Assembly: GCA_964016885.1 (NCBI GenBank)
Contig: OZ024740.1
Location: forward strand, 311,922,001 to 311,986,000
Length of the DNA stretch: 64,000 bases
Source of the DNA: Eledone cirrhosa
Lineage: Eukaryota
Direction: 5' to 3'
Shown here: positions 1 through 10,884 of the stretch, one piece after another
Numbering within the stretch: the first letter of the stretch is position 1
Layout: each line of letters opens with the position of its first letter
The notes under the pieces: generated by a model
Told to the model about the DNA's origin: nothing
Databases searched by the model: none
Seen by the model: the letters and a program-made list of their open reading frames with translations, nothing else
Made by a program: the position numbers and the translations under genes

Positions 1-137
1 AATCCCGCCGAAGTTAGCTTTGCTTTTCATCCTTACGGGTTCGATAAAATAAAGTACTAGTAATGCACTGGGGTTGATTTAATCGACTTTCTCCTCCCTT
101 AAAATTGTTGGCCTTGTGCCTAAATTCAGAAACGATT
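1..137 (+). mobile_element. tRNA-derived SINE (family 1), cut by window edge
   Basis: Core 'aatcccgccga.gttagctttgcttttcatccttacgggttcgataaaataaagtac' recurs at ~12470, ~16955, ~17585, ~18020, ~48490, ~56660, ~58505. Confidence 0.8.
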
Positions 138-244
138 ATTTTACACCATACACCGCTTTAAAACTATACCTCTCATTTTTAAATAATCAAATCAAACATT
201 TAACAAAACATCGTACCAGCATGTTTTTGTAAACCTTTGAATTA

Positions 245-1332
245 TTATTTGGAGGGAAAGCAGTAGGTGTAAGGGTTAGTGTGGAACCTGAGGTTGACAC
301 AGTATGGGTGATGAGAGGAAAATACACCAGTAGGTCTGGAGTGTCCGAGTTGAAGTGGCTTGTGACCAGCCAGCTCCAAGGAGTAATAGATAAAGTAGTA
401 TGAGGTCACAATACGTTTGTGGGACAGACTAAAATATGTTCCCAAGAGTGAAGGCCCACCGGTGAGTGACACCGGAGAGTAGAGATCTAGTGGTCATTGG
501 AGCAGAAAGGGGGTTCAAAGTTATTCTTAATGGATATCTCCATCGTTTTTGAGATGTTGAAAGTGACAAAGATTGGTTGATAGTTGGCGACATAAGACCA
601 GCTTTCCTTCTTGGGAGCGTGACACACACTAGTGTATTTCCAAAGATTGAGATAGAAAGAGAGGGGGAGAGTGAAATGTTTGGTACGGATTGAGAGTTTG
701 TATTGAGATGCATTGTTTGAGGGTAATTGAGGGTGAATATTAAGACCGGTGGCTTTATTGGTTTAAAGTAATCAGGAGCACCTTTGCACTTAACATATAT
801 GTGTTCGTGGTGGTGATCTTAGTGCGTAGAGGGACAGTTCAGGAGGGGGATTACTTGTGCGCAGTGTGAAGCTAGATGTAAAGTGGGAAGCAAATGTAAA
901 GGCTTTCTGTAAAGGAGCATTGCTTGCAGAGTCGTTATGGTTGAGAAGAGGAAGGAAGATTTTGTAAAATTGGTTGAGTTCCTTTTGACAAAGGACCAAA
1001 AGGCTAGGCTGGGCTGGTCTAGGCTAGGCTGCAGTTTGTGAGGTAGGTGTGCCTGTAGGCTGTGTGAGGAACGGAGGCATTCTTGCTTTTAGGAGATTGA
1101 TCTTGTAGGAGTTGCAGTGTTGGTTGAAAGCCATCCGTTTTGTAGAGGTGGACGATTTTATCCAAGCGTTCTAAGTCGCATTCTTTGCCTGAATTGCTGC
1201 AGTACAGCAAGAAATGGATCACGTAGGAGATTCGTAAGTTTTCGTTGGGCTTGGAATATGAAGAGTTATACCTAACTAGATGGTTTCAGTTGCCTGTCTT
1301 ACTGTCTCTGTTGGATTGGGATTGAAGTACAT
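245..1332 (-). pseudogene. Decayed ORF, possibly LINE ORF1/gag-like remnant
   Basis: Strand-biased composition, ATG at 1332, broken frames, remnant 'PLFCSN..RCHSP..HSWEHILVCP' resembling a zinc knuckle. Weak. Confidence 0.25.
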
Positions 1333-1495
1333 GTCTTTCTAAGAGGAGTTAGCACAGAACTGGCGGAGCTCCGATCAGTCAGATAATTTGAAGTGTCACA
1401 GAGTCAAGAAGTTGAGTGCATTGTATATGAATGTGTGATAGGTAACAGAATATAAACAAATGTGCTAATAAATATGTCTTTCTTTTTTTCAATAG

Positions 1496-1537
1496 GGTTT
1501 GTTTGTGGCTGTCTTGTTCTGTTTTGTCAACGAAGAG
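1496..1537 (+). CDS. Class B (secretin-family) GPCR, TM7 exon (GLFVAVLFCFVNEE)
   Basis: Polypyrimidine tract and aatAG acceptor, GTAAGT donor, 42-nt phase-0 exon matching the class B motif GFFVAVLYCFLNxE. Confidence 0.9.
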
Positions 1538-1826
1538 GTAAGTATATAATTATCGTCCATTGAAATTTTATTGTTCTTTTAAATAAAATCATTTGATGTT
1601 TTAAAAATGTTTTATCAGATTATAAAGTGCCAGAGAAAGCCATGGGTTGAGGACCTTACTCCAGACCAAATCATTTAAAACGTATTCCGATTTTTATTAT
1701 GTCAAACTATTACAATCAATAAATTCTAAGTAATATATCTACTGAATACATTGTTTTCTCAGAAAGTTATAATCTTATTTATTTACAAAATGATTTACTA
1801 ATTCTCAACGTGTCCTTTATTTTCAG

Positions 1827-1961
1827 GTAATATCAGCAGTTAGACGAAAACACAATCAATATCTGCTACATAGTGGCCAACTAGATGTTAGACAGTCAAA
1901 TGTATCTTCAGCTATGGAGAGTACAGCTTTATCACACAAGAAGCCTCTTTGCAACGTCGAA
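1827..1961 (+). CDS. Class B GPCR helix 8 / C-tail exon (VISAVRRKHNQYLLHSG...PLCNVE)
   Basis: ttttcAG acceptor, 135 nt open and in frame with the previous exon (NEE|V..VRRK, helix-8 pattern), GTAAGT donor at 1962. Confidence 0.85.
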
Positions 1962-2832
1962 GTAAGTTATGATGTCGTTGTTGTATTTTAATCTCTAAAC
2001 CTATAATTTGCTTTGTTTGGGGAACCCAATGTTGAACTATTATTGAAATCTGTTGTATGATGTTAAGAAAATATAGTTGATTGTTGAAAATTTAAATAAA
2101 AGAAAGAAGTCTTAACGAAAATTAGTGACAAGAAAATGCTTTCAAAAGATTACGTGTATTTAAACACAACCATTACTTTGGTTACTGTATTTAAAATCTA
2201 AACATTCCTCCAAGCCAATGTGATTCCTCTGCTATTTATTTCAGCTGCTTTTATGCATTAATTCTGGCTGATAGTTATTTGATAGGCAGGAAGTGTTTCC
2301 ACCAACGATTTCTCATATAAAAGAATCAGAGAAGTGTGGAAATGTGTACATGTTCAACATTTGTCAAAAATAAAAAGCTATTTCTTCACTACTAGAACAG
2401 TGTCTTCTCTAAACTATGCAACATAGTGCCACTTTTATTTAACCCATTCCATACCAAGCTGCATGAAAACGACCCTGGTTCTGGCGTTAATAAGCTGTTT
2501 ACTTAAAAGTGTTTATATTTATTTAAAAGCCTTCCAACATAATTTTATATTAGAAGCTTTAAATTTTGCTCAACACTATATTTAAATATATATTTCTTTT
2601 ATTTGCCACTAGGGCATCAAAAGTGGGACAAGTACAAAGGGGGGAGTTTACACAAAAAGGCGTCCTCAATAAGGAGGAGGCAATAACAAAATATAAAAAT
2701 AAAATAAGATATAACAAAAAATAAAATTTTTAACAAAATCCAACAAAATCCAACACCCCCGAAAAAAGTGTGCAACCCTTCTCCTCAGGAGCACAGAGAA
2801 GGGGTGCTCCCTTGGTCTTTCATCTTCCTCAC

Positions 2833-5800
2833 CTATAGTCTGATGTAGAGTGAAGGCCCATTCACACGGGCCATTCTCGCCACTTTCACCCATCTTTCAT
2901 AGAAACGGCTGGGGTGCAGCACCTCTCTCTCCATCCTGATCCTTCTTCCAAAATGATATCGGAAGAAACGGACCAGTTGTTGGCCAGAGAGAAAGGTGCC
3001 CGACCTCAGTCCTTTCAGACGCGTCCACCATACAACCTCTTTCGCCATGGCTATTACGCACAGAAACACCGCCTCTGCTTCATCTTTGAAGGGGGGAGGC
3101 GGCTTGATCATTACAATAGACTCGGTGGTCAACCGGATCGGTCCCACCCTTGACAGCAGTTGTTCGACATAGCCCCACAGATCGGCTACGCCCGAGCAGT
3201 GTACTAATGCGTGTGCAACGGTTTCCTCGTCGCACACGCATCTGGGACAGATCTTTTTGGCGGGGTCCCTACCCGGGCGCCCGTGTCTGTAGAGCCTTTC
3301 TCGAACGGGTAAAGCCCCTCGGTAGCACTGCCAGGCCAGGGACTTCTGGAAGTTGTCCATAGGTCCCGGGCTGAATGTCCTACCGAACAGGCTGGCCAGT
3401 TCGTCCTCCTCCATGTCTAGGGCTTCTCCGAGGGCGTCGTCGCACCTGCTGCGTACCAGCCCTCTATAGAATGTTGCGGTGGAGTCTCCACTGATAACCG
3501 GATCCGCCTGCCAGAGGGCGGTGAGCGCCTGGGCACACTCAGTGTGCCAGGCGCCCAGTTTTCTCGGTCTTTGCTTGACCCAGGATTGCAGCTCGGTGAG
3601 TGAGACGAGTCTGGGAAAGGTTCGTCTCACAAACGAGGCCCACACCGGTTGTCCGGTGAGGAATACGTAGAGGTGCCGTAGCCTTAATGCGTGTTTACGC
3701 ATCATTAGCCACGGCATCCCCAGCCCTCCTTTCGAAGGGTGTTGACAGCAGATGGATCTCCTCACCATAGGAGCCCGCCTCTTCCAAAGGAATTGGAAGA
3801 GCGCGCGCTCCATCTTGGTGAGGGTTTCCCTTGGGCAGGGCACTACGGTCAGGCGGTAGTAGATGACGGACGCTATGTAGGTGTTCGCCACCTCCGCCCG
3901 ACCTTTCAGGGATAGTTTGCAACTGGCCCACTTCTGGGTCAGTGCAAACACCCTGTTCGTAACCTCCGCCCAGTTTTTCTCCACCTGGAGGTCCGGTCCG
4001 AACCAGACCCCGAGCAACTTCACCGGGCCCTCCGTCCAGCGTCCGACGACGCTATCGGAGGGCATCGGTCTGCCCCTCCACGTGCCGAGTTGCAAACCGA
4101 TCGACTTGTCCCGGTTCAGCTTAGCCCCTGTGAACTTTTCGTACTCCTCCAGTAAGGTGCCGACCGCCTCGATTTCGGAGGCCGTCGACACCATTACTGT
4201 CACGTCATCGGCGTAGGCCGACACCGCTTTCCGCAATCCCGGTTCCAAAGGGATGCCCTGCAACAACTCCAACTTCCGCAGTAGTGGCTCGAGAGTCAAC
4301 ACATACAGAAGGGAGGAGAGAGGGCACCCTTGTCGGATGGACCGCGCGATTTTGAACGGCTCCGAGAGGTAGCCGTTCACCTTGACCATAGAGCAGATGC
4401 GGCTGCTGTGCATAGCAGTGATCCAGCCCCTGAAAACGGGTCCGAAGCCTGCCGCCGCTAGCACCGCATCCAGGTAACCATGGTCGACCCTATCGAACGC
4501 CTTAGATTGATCCAAGTTGATCAGAGCCCCACCAAAGCCGGGTTCGTTCCCAACCCTCTCTATGATGTATCGCATGAGGTGGAGGTTGTCATGGATGGAC
4601 CTGGACGGGATAGCGCATGTCTGCGCATCTCCCACCAGGTTGCCCACGACAAGCGCCAACCTCTTTGCTAGCACCTTGGCCAAAATCTGTAACTCTGTAT
4701 TTAGCAGTGTTATGGGCCTGAAGTTACTTATTTCGTCCCCCTTGTTCTCGTCCTTCCTCACTAGCGTGACTACGCCCTTGGTCACAGTACAGGGAATTCT
4801 CCCGTTCTGTTGCCAGTTGCAGTAGACCGCCTCGAGGAGATCGGGGAACAAGTCCGGCATAGCTAGATATAATTCGTAAGGAAGACCATCGAGACCCGGG
4901 GATTTGCGTTTGCCGCATTGGCTCAGCACGTCCTCTATCTCAGCGGCCGAAATCGGCTCCTCGCAGGACTTTGCCTCCCTGTCCGAAAGGCGCGGCAGGC
5001 CGTCGAGGTATGGACCGAAGTCCACGTTCCCAACCGGCTCCCCGCCCCTCCCGAACAGTCGGGCAAAGTGCCTTTGAAAGGCCTCACACATCTGCTTCGG
5101 CTCAAGAATCGCCCGTCCATCCAGGTCTCGCAAAGACCGGATGGTGGATTTAGTTCCACTGTTGGCCTCTGTCACGCGGGCCCAGCTAACAGCTTTGGTC
5201 CCCTCGTTCCCTAGAGCACGTATTTTACTTCGGACAACGCAGCCTTCGTGCTTCGCGTCGAAAAACTGGCTCAGAGCCGTTCTCGACGCTAGCACTCTGG
5301 CCACGTCGCCGCTTCTAATTGCCTCTTCTACTCTATCTATTAGCTCCCTTTCCTTCCTATTCCTATCCGCAGCTAGAACCTTACTAAATTCTATCGAGAC
5401 TACTCTAATCTCTCTCTTTAGAGATACCCACCACCTGCTGTTGACGATCGCTCCAGTCAACCGTTCCTTAACTAACGTACTAATCCGATTCCTGTAGGCT
5501 CTACTTGCCGGCAAGGACAAGTTGAGCTTCCAGTAACCGGGGCCCTGTCTATGAGTTCTGTCAAGGTTGACCATGCAGGTCACTAATTTGTGGTCTGAAT
5601 AGCCAACCATGCGCATTTTTGGACAACTTAAAAAGTCCTTATCCTTAATTCTAACTAAGAACCTATCTAGGTACGACCTAGATGATCCGCTACGATTTGC
5701 CCAAGTCCAGGTTGGCGCAGTCGGAAAATCTAGTCGATATCTATCGGCCAGGTCAAATCGACCGATTAACCCTTTGAGGCTATTACACCCCTCTCTATCG

Positions 5801-6270
5801 GGGCAGGCCCCTACGTAGTCCCAGCGTGCATCTAGGATACCATTCCAGTCCCCCACTAATAGCAAGGAGCGGGACGTCCCTAGAAAAGTCTCCAGACGAT
5901 GGAAGAAGTCCGGCCGCATTGACCCGAAAGGGCCGTAGGCGGCTACCAACCTAAACGCTCCGCCTTTACCACTGCCAAGGTCCAGAACCACTAGTCGACC
6001 CTCCGGGTCCAAATGTACCATCTGTGTTGCGAGACCCAGATGTTTTTGCAGCAGAACGACAACTCCACCCCCACCTCCGGGCTGACAGAGAGATGCGTGC
6101 ATCTCAAAGTCATCAAAGGTGGGGGCCAGCTGTCGCACGTTGCTGATCCGGGCCTCGCAAATAACCATCACATCTATACGTTGTGACCTGAGGTCATTTA
6201 GAAGCATTGCTTGCTTCCAAGTTGAGCCCAGGCCACGCGCATTTAAACAGCCTACTCTTAGCATAGCCAT
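2833..6270 (-). CDS. LINE ORF2: APE endonuclease, reverse transcriptase, CCHC zinc knuckle (~1145 aa from ATG 6270)
   Basis: CLNARGL, GDWN, SDH (APE); GPGYWKLN (L1/Tx1); KSPGLDG, RPITLLN, DQSKAFD, RQGCPLS, YADD (RT); CPRC...HALVHC. Confidence 0.95.
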   Translation of the reverse strand: MAMLRVGCLNARGLGSTWKQAMLLNDLRSQRIDVMVICEARISNVRQLAPTFDDFEMHASLCQPGGGGGVVVLLQKHLGLATQMVHLDPEGRLVVLDLGSGKGGAFRLVAAYGPFGSMRPDFFHRLETFLGTSRSLLLVGDWNGILDARWDYVGACPDREGCNSLKGLIGRFDLADRYRLDFPTAPTWTWANRSGSSRSYLDRFLVRIKDKDFLSCPKMRMVGYSDHKLVTCMVNLDRTHRQGPGYWKLNLSLPASRAYRNRISTLVKERLTGAIVNSRWWVSLKREIRVVSIEFSKVLAADRNRKERELIDRVEEAIRSGDVARVLASRTALSQFFDAKHEGCVVRSKIRALGNEGTKAVSWARVTEANSGTKSTIRSLRDLDGRAILEPKQMCEAFQRHFARLFGRGGEPVGNVDFGPYLDGLPRLSDREAKSCEEPISAAEIEDVLSQCGKRKSPGLDGLPYELYLAMPDLFPDLLEAVYCNWQQNGRIPCTVTKGVVTLVRKDENKGDEISNFRPITLLNTELQILAKVLAKRLALVVGNLVGDAQTCAIPSRSIHDNLHLMRYIIERVGNEPGFGGALINLDQSKAFDRVDHGYLDAVLAAAGFGPVFRGWITAMHSSRICSMVKVNGYLSEPFKIARSIRQGCPLSSLLYVLTLEPLLRKLELLQGIPLEPGLRKAVSAYADDVTVMVSTASEIEAVGTLLEEYEKFTGAKLNRDKSIGLQLGTWRGRPMPSDSVVGRWTEGPVKLLGVWFGPDLQVEKNWAEVTNRVFALTQKWASCKLSLKGRAEVANTYIASVIYYRLTVVPCPRETLTKMERALFQFLWKRRAPMVRRSICCQHPSKGGLGMPWLMMRKHALRLRHLYVFLTGQPVWASFVRRTFPRLVSLTELQSWVKQRPRKLGAWHTECAQALTALWQADPVISGDSTATFYRGLVRSRCDDALGEALDMEEDELASLFGRTFSPGPMDNFQKSLAWQCYRGALPVRERLYRHGRPGRDPAKKICPRCVCDEETVAHALVHCSGVADLWGYVEQLLSRVGPIRLTTESIVMIKPPPPFKDEAEAVFLCVIAMAKEVVWWTRLKGLRSGTFLSGQQLVRFFRYHFGRRIRMEREVLHPSRFYERWVKVARMARVNGPSLYIRL

Positions 6271-6294
6271 GTTGGTGGTGAAGAGAAAAGGCAC

Positions 6295-6771
6295 TTACCT
6301 CTCTGCGTCCCGGGTATCGGGCTGCACAATTTCCATTAGGGTGGGGGATGGGTTGTTGGGTGGAGTGGTGGTCTGTGGAAGTGTGGGGGCATCAGTGTGT
6401 TGTGTGGTTGGGGAGCTTGGAGTTGTGTGGGTGTTTGGGGAGGGGGTGGGATAGTTTTTTAGGAGGACGCGGTTAATGGGCCCGACGCAGGGGGGACCCA
6501 CGTCCTCTTTAAAATTGTTTTTTAAAGTTTTATAGGTGTCCTGTGGGGCCTTAATCATTTTGAGGTGGGGGAAATCCCCTGCCTGGGTGAAGTTAGGCCC
6601 TTGTGTTTTTATTAGATTGTTGTTGTACACAATGTTTAACAGTTTTTTGTTTCTTGTATTTATGTATGTGTATGCATGTTTTTGTTTTTGTGTGGTGTTT
6701 TTTGTTTGCTGTTGTTGTGAGCTCTTTTGTGTTGGTGTCAGTGTTATGTTTTGGGGAGGGTTTTTTTTCAT
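6295..6771 (-). CDS. C-terminal low-complexity part of LINE ORF1 (probably truncated)
   Basis: T/K/N/P-rich ORF whose TAA lies 24 nt before the ORF2 ATG in the same frame. Confidence 0.55.
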   Translation of the reverse strand: MKKNPPQNITLTPTQKSSQQQQTKNTTQKQKHAYTYINTRNKKLLNIVYNNNLIKTQGPNFTQAGDFPHLKMIKAPQDTYKTLKNNFKEDVGPPCVGPINRVLLKNYPTPSPNTHTTPSSPTTQHTDAPTLPQTTTPPNNPSPTLMEIVQPDTRDAER

Positions 6772-6876
6772 TTGTGTGTCTGAGGTGTGTTATAATGCCT
6801 AAATTGGGTTTGCTTTTCATTCCGCTGGGAACTAATTAAATAACTACCAGTACTATACTAGGCTTTGTTTATTGTA

Positions 6877-7283
6877 CAGGGTAGGCCAGAATTCATGACT
6901 CACTTGATTATTTATAGATCTATTAACACAAAATGTTATAAAACAAGTTAAGGAATATAATACCATATACAGGCATAAGATTATGAACAAGATACGGTAA
7001 GCACACAAATGTACACATTTAATTAATGCGCTGCTTAGTTAAATCGGTTTTCCATTTCGTGGTCATCTTGACCTCCTTCAGTTGCAACACAGGCTTGCAA
7101 CCTTATTGAAATAAATAAAAAAACCTGTGAGGCATATTAAGAAATATAAATATAAATTAAGAAACCTGCTAAGCATATTAAGAAATAAAATAATAAATCA
7201 AAACAATACAATCGCAATAAAATAAGCATGTTAAGAAATATAACTTGCAAGCGAGTCATGAATTATCCCCCCCCCCCCTCCTG
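6877..7283. mobile_element. Tc1/mariner-type MITE
   Basis: TA|CAGGG...aattcatgactc and gagtcatgaatt...CCTG|TA terminal inverted repeats with TA duplication. Confidence 0.7.
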
Positions 7284-7363
7284 TACACTATGTGCTATCG
7301 TTAACAACAAATCTTATCTGGAATCTAATAAAAAATAATCCATATTTTTATTTTGTTTTTCAG

Positions 7364-7429
7364 AGCAAAACTGATTGTGAATTTAGAAGTAAAACTGGAG
7401 TAAACAAGGTCCACGCTGTTTGCAAATAA
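7364..7429 (+). CDS. Probable terminal coding exon of the class B GPCR (SKTDCEFRSKTGVNKVHAVCK*)
   Basis: Strong acceptor tttttattttgtttttcAG, phase 0 compatible with the 1961 donor, TAA at 7427-7429. Confidence 0.6.
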   Translation, partial: SKTDCEFRSKTGVNKVHAVCK

Positions 7430-7508
7430 ACAACCTTATTTTCACTTGTTATTGTTTCTGTTCGGGTTACTAATATGTCATTACAATTTATCAGTTAATT
7501 AAAGTTAT

Positions 7509-7558
<50 letters not shown>

Positions 7559-7694
7559 TAAGGAAAAGGCAAACAGAGGTACAAAAGTCTTATTAGTTTC
7601 ACGTTTTATATGGAAAGTTCGACGTGCCGGGCTTTAACCCTTCTTCGGGAGTAGAAAAATAGAAACAGGATCACAAAGTATATATATATACGTG

Positions 7695-7726
<32 letters not shown>

Positions 7727-7847
7727 AGTGAGTTTTTTTTACAAAATGAAAAAAAAACGGTATCCTACACGAGTGAAAGTATAGGGAAAAAAGATGAAAT
7801 CGAAAATGCAACTAGGGTCTTTTTTTTTAAATATATTTATTTGGTTC

Positions 7848-7883
7848 CTTTACCGGTTTCGCAGTTCTTGTGCTTTTCAAAAG
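7848..7883 (-). ncRNA. Minimal type I hammerhead, U3-A8 core variant
   Basis: ctt UUGAAAA gca-caagaac-ugc GAAA ccgg UA aag. Confidence 0.5.
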
Positions 7884-7990
7884 TAGAATTGAGATGGAGG
7901 GTTTGTGGTTTTTCTCATATATATATATAAAATAAAATAAGTAAGTCAAATATGTAAAATTTGGCTTCGTTTATTATAAATTATAAATTT

Positions 7991-8045
7991 ACTGCTATAT
8001 ATATTTCGGTGACAGCCATCATTGGCTGTGACCTCTTCAGGCAGT
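7991..8045 (-). ncRNA. Type I hammerhead ribozyme (PLE pLTR type)
   Basis: actgc CTGAAGA ggtcacagcc-aatgat-ggctgtcacc GAAA tatata TA gcagt: 5-bp stem I, long stem II, palindromic stem III. Confidence 0.85.
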
Positions 8046-8331
8046 CAGAATTGGTGTGGAAAAGACAGGTACACATGTTGTTGAAGTGTGTTTCACTCCT
8101 TCAATATATCGATATGTCCAGCTCCTGGGTATGCTGTTAGTCCTCCGAGGAACTGGAATCATATATATATATATTATAAAAAATTATAAAAAATTATAAA
8201 AAATTATAAAAAATAAAAAATATTTTTTATAATTCTTCGGCTCTGTTTAATTACATTGAGCTATATCTTATACTGTCATTTCTATAATATGAAGAGGGTG
8301 TTTAACTCCAACACACACTAGTATTTTAATT

Positions 8332-8392
<61 letters not shown>

Positions 8393-8453
8393 CGTTTCTG
8401 AATTTGTTTAGCAAGATTCTTTATCTGAAATCGTGTGTTGAAACCGATATTGT

Positions 8454-10798
8454 TATACTTTGGGAGGGTCATGTTGCCAATAAGAAACACACGCACCAGT
8501 TGCTTTCACTTCAATTTATTATATATTTATAAATTTACAAATTTATAAATTTATAAATTTCTGGTTGGGTGGTTGGTTCCACAACCAGATAGTTGTTTAT
8601 ATATAGTCATAGTTATTTCGTCACACACTCTGTGACCTCTTCAGTGACTGGGGATTCCTTTCTTTGTTTCTGTGCCTCTCCTTTGTTCTGTCCTACGCCA
8701 TTTTGTTTCTGTGTGTGTGTTGTGTGCTCAGTCTGCGCATGCGCCACATCCGGGTGTCTGTGTGTGTTTATGTTCATTTATCTATTTGTTTATTTACATG
8801 TTGCTGGTTGGTTGTTTGTTCTATGTGTGTGTGTGTTTTCATTTTGTCCTTAATTGTAAGTTGTGATGTTGCTGTTCCACTCATATTTTCTATTTAATTT
8901 TGGTTGTAATTCTTTTATGTTTATTGCCTCTGTAATTTGTCTAAACATTGCGTCTTTTCTGTGTGTAGATTCTATTTTTATTTCTATGTTCTCTAATTTA
9001 CCCTTGTGTTCTATCTTAGCATGTTGGTAGAGTACAGATGATTCTTTATTATCTTGAAGGTCTCGCCAGTGTTCATTTATCCGTTCCCCTACACTACGAG
9101 CTGTCTCACCTATGTACACTATATTTTTGTCTCTACATTGTCCTTCAGTACATCTTATGCTATACACTACATTTCTAGTTTTACAGTTAATATGGGGGCT
9201 TATTTTACAGGTTACACATTTCTTATCTATACATGAGGGTCTTTGAAAAGGGTATGTCTTGCTAATAAGTGTTTTTACGGAGGTACCTGGTCTTTCTACT
9301 ATCTTAATATTGAGTTTATGTTTATTTAGGGCCCTTCTAAATTTGTAAGCTAGTTCACCTCTAGGGGTTGTATCGATGAACATTACACTCTGGTATTTAT
9401 TGCTATCATACCATGAGTTTATTCTATTAGCCTTATTCCTAGTTCTTTCTATTCTATTCCAAAATTTGCTCCTATACAAGGGGCAGGTCCCATTTATGTC
9501 ATTATTTACCATTTTTTCCCATTTGGTTCTGGCTCCTCTATACACTCTGATTCTATCTCTCTGATTGTAGCCAGAGAACTGCATACGGTGGATGAAGTGT
9601 TGTATGTGTCTCTCTAGTTCTTCGGGGTTGCACATGCGGGACACATTTCTCATCACCCGTACCAAATCTGCAATCAGTATGTTGATTTTGGTATGGTCCG
9701 AAATGGCCGAGTTTCGGTGGATCAGATGTTTGGAAGTCATGGGTTTGGCATAATGGGAATGGAGGATTTGTTTTTTGTTGTTAATGGTATCTAACCAGAG
9801 CTCTGTGTCTAGTACAGGTAATCGATGGTTGGGGTGTTTACTTGGGTAGTCTATAGTAACTCTAATGCTCTGGTGGATGGAGTTTGCTATTTGCTGGATG
9901 CTTTCCATTGTGTTTTTCTCTAGTTCCTGACTGTTGTGACTGTAGTGGGAGTGTCTTAACTACGATGTTTATATCATCTACGTAGCGGGAGTACATTATC
10001 AGGGTTAAGCTGTCTTCTAATTGTTCTTTAAGTTTAAGTTTAAGTCTACTGTCCCACCATACCATGAATAAGTTAGCTATGTCGCCTGCAATGCTAACAC
10101 CAATGGCTGCTCCTTCCTCTTGGGCATATGTTTTTCCATTAAATTTGAACATATGTTCCTTAAGGGTTAGTTTTATGCTGGCCCCTACCGCATGTGCAAT
10201 CATTTTCTTCAGTTCATCGTGGTTTTCGGGTGTCCGTATGGCTCTGGTTCACCCGTTCCATCTATCTGTGTGGGTTTTCTTGGCCATTGAGGTAATGGTA
10301 GGTGGTCTGCCTCTTGCTGGTCTTGTAGGGCACAGGTTGCTAAGGTCATAAGTGTCTAGGTAACTATTACTATAGGTAAGCTTAAGTAGGAGTCCCAGCT
10401 CACTGGTATCAATCCCACGGAACTCAACCTTGCTCTCACTGATCATTTCTACGCATTTCTCCACAGCAAAATCCACGTCAATAGATGGATACAGGGACAC
10501 AACATCCATACTGCCTATTATGCAGTTTGTTAGGTCCCCAGATCGGTTACTCACGCCGATTCTGCTGAGGAGGTCCTCCGTGCTGTCACATACATCTGGG
10601 GACATTTCAATGAAGAAGTCACAGAGTGTGTGACGAAAGAACTATGACTATATATAAACAACTATCTGGTTGTGGAACCAGCCAACCAACCAGAAATTTA
10701 TAAATTTATAAATTTGTAAATTTATAAATATATAATAAATTGAAGTGAAAGCAACTGGTGCGTGTGTTTCTTATTGGCAACATGACCCTCCCAAAGTA

Positions 10799-10801
<3 letters not shown>
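8454..10801 (-). mobile_element. Penelope-like element (RT + GIY-YIG, frameshifted, 5'-truncated) with 3' pLTR and inverted pLTR copy at its 5' end
   Basis: SMDVVSLYPSI (10249-10605), QEEGAAIG and YSRYVDD (9862-10203), Cys linker and VVYSIRC..YIGETAR..ERINEH (8850-9908); 8454-8636 is inverted at 10618-10801. Confidence 0.9.
8605..8649 (-). ncRNA. Type I hammerhead in PLE pLTR
   Basis: agtca CTGAAGA ggtcaca-gagtg-tgtgac GAAA taac TA tgact. Confidence 0.75.

Positions 10802-10884
<83 letters not shown>

Larger units (their letters stand above)
2595..6790 (-). mobile_element. L1/Tx1-clade LINE, 5'-truncated within ORF1, antisense in the GPCR intron
   Basis: ORF1 tail, intact ORF2, T-rich 3' UTR ending near AATAAA (minus strand, ~2598-2603); GC-rich relative to flanks. 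No TSD identified. Confidence 0.9.

Noticed and set aside
2914-6454. Plus-strand ORFs over the LINE (also 30146-32835 over Gypsy)
   Set aside because: Antisense shadows of GC-rich TE ORFs with no motifs.
7615-7655. Hammerhead-like remnants here and at ~8285-8315 and ~56364-56400
   Set aside because: Core boxes mutated (CCGAAGA/GGCA, ATGAAGA/AACA, GATA); probably decayed pLTRs, so not called.
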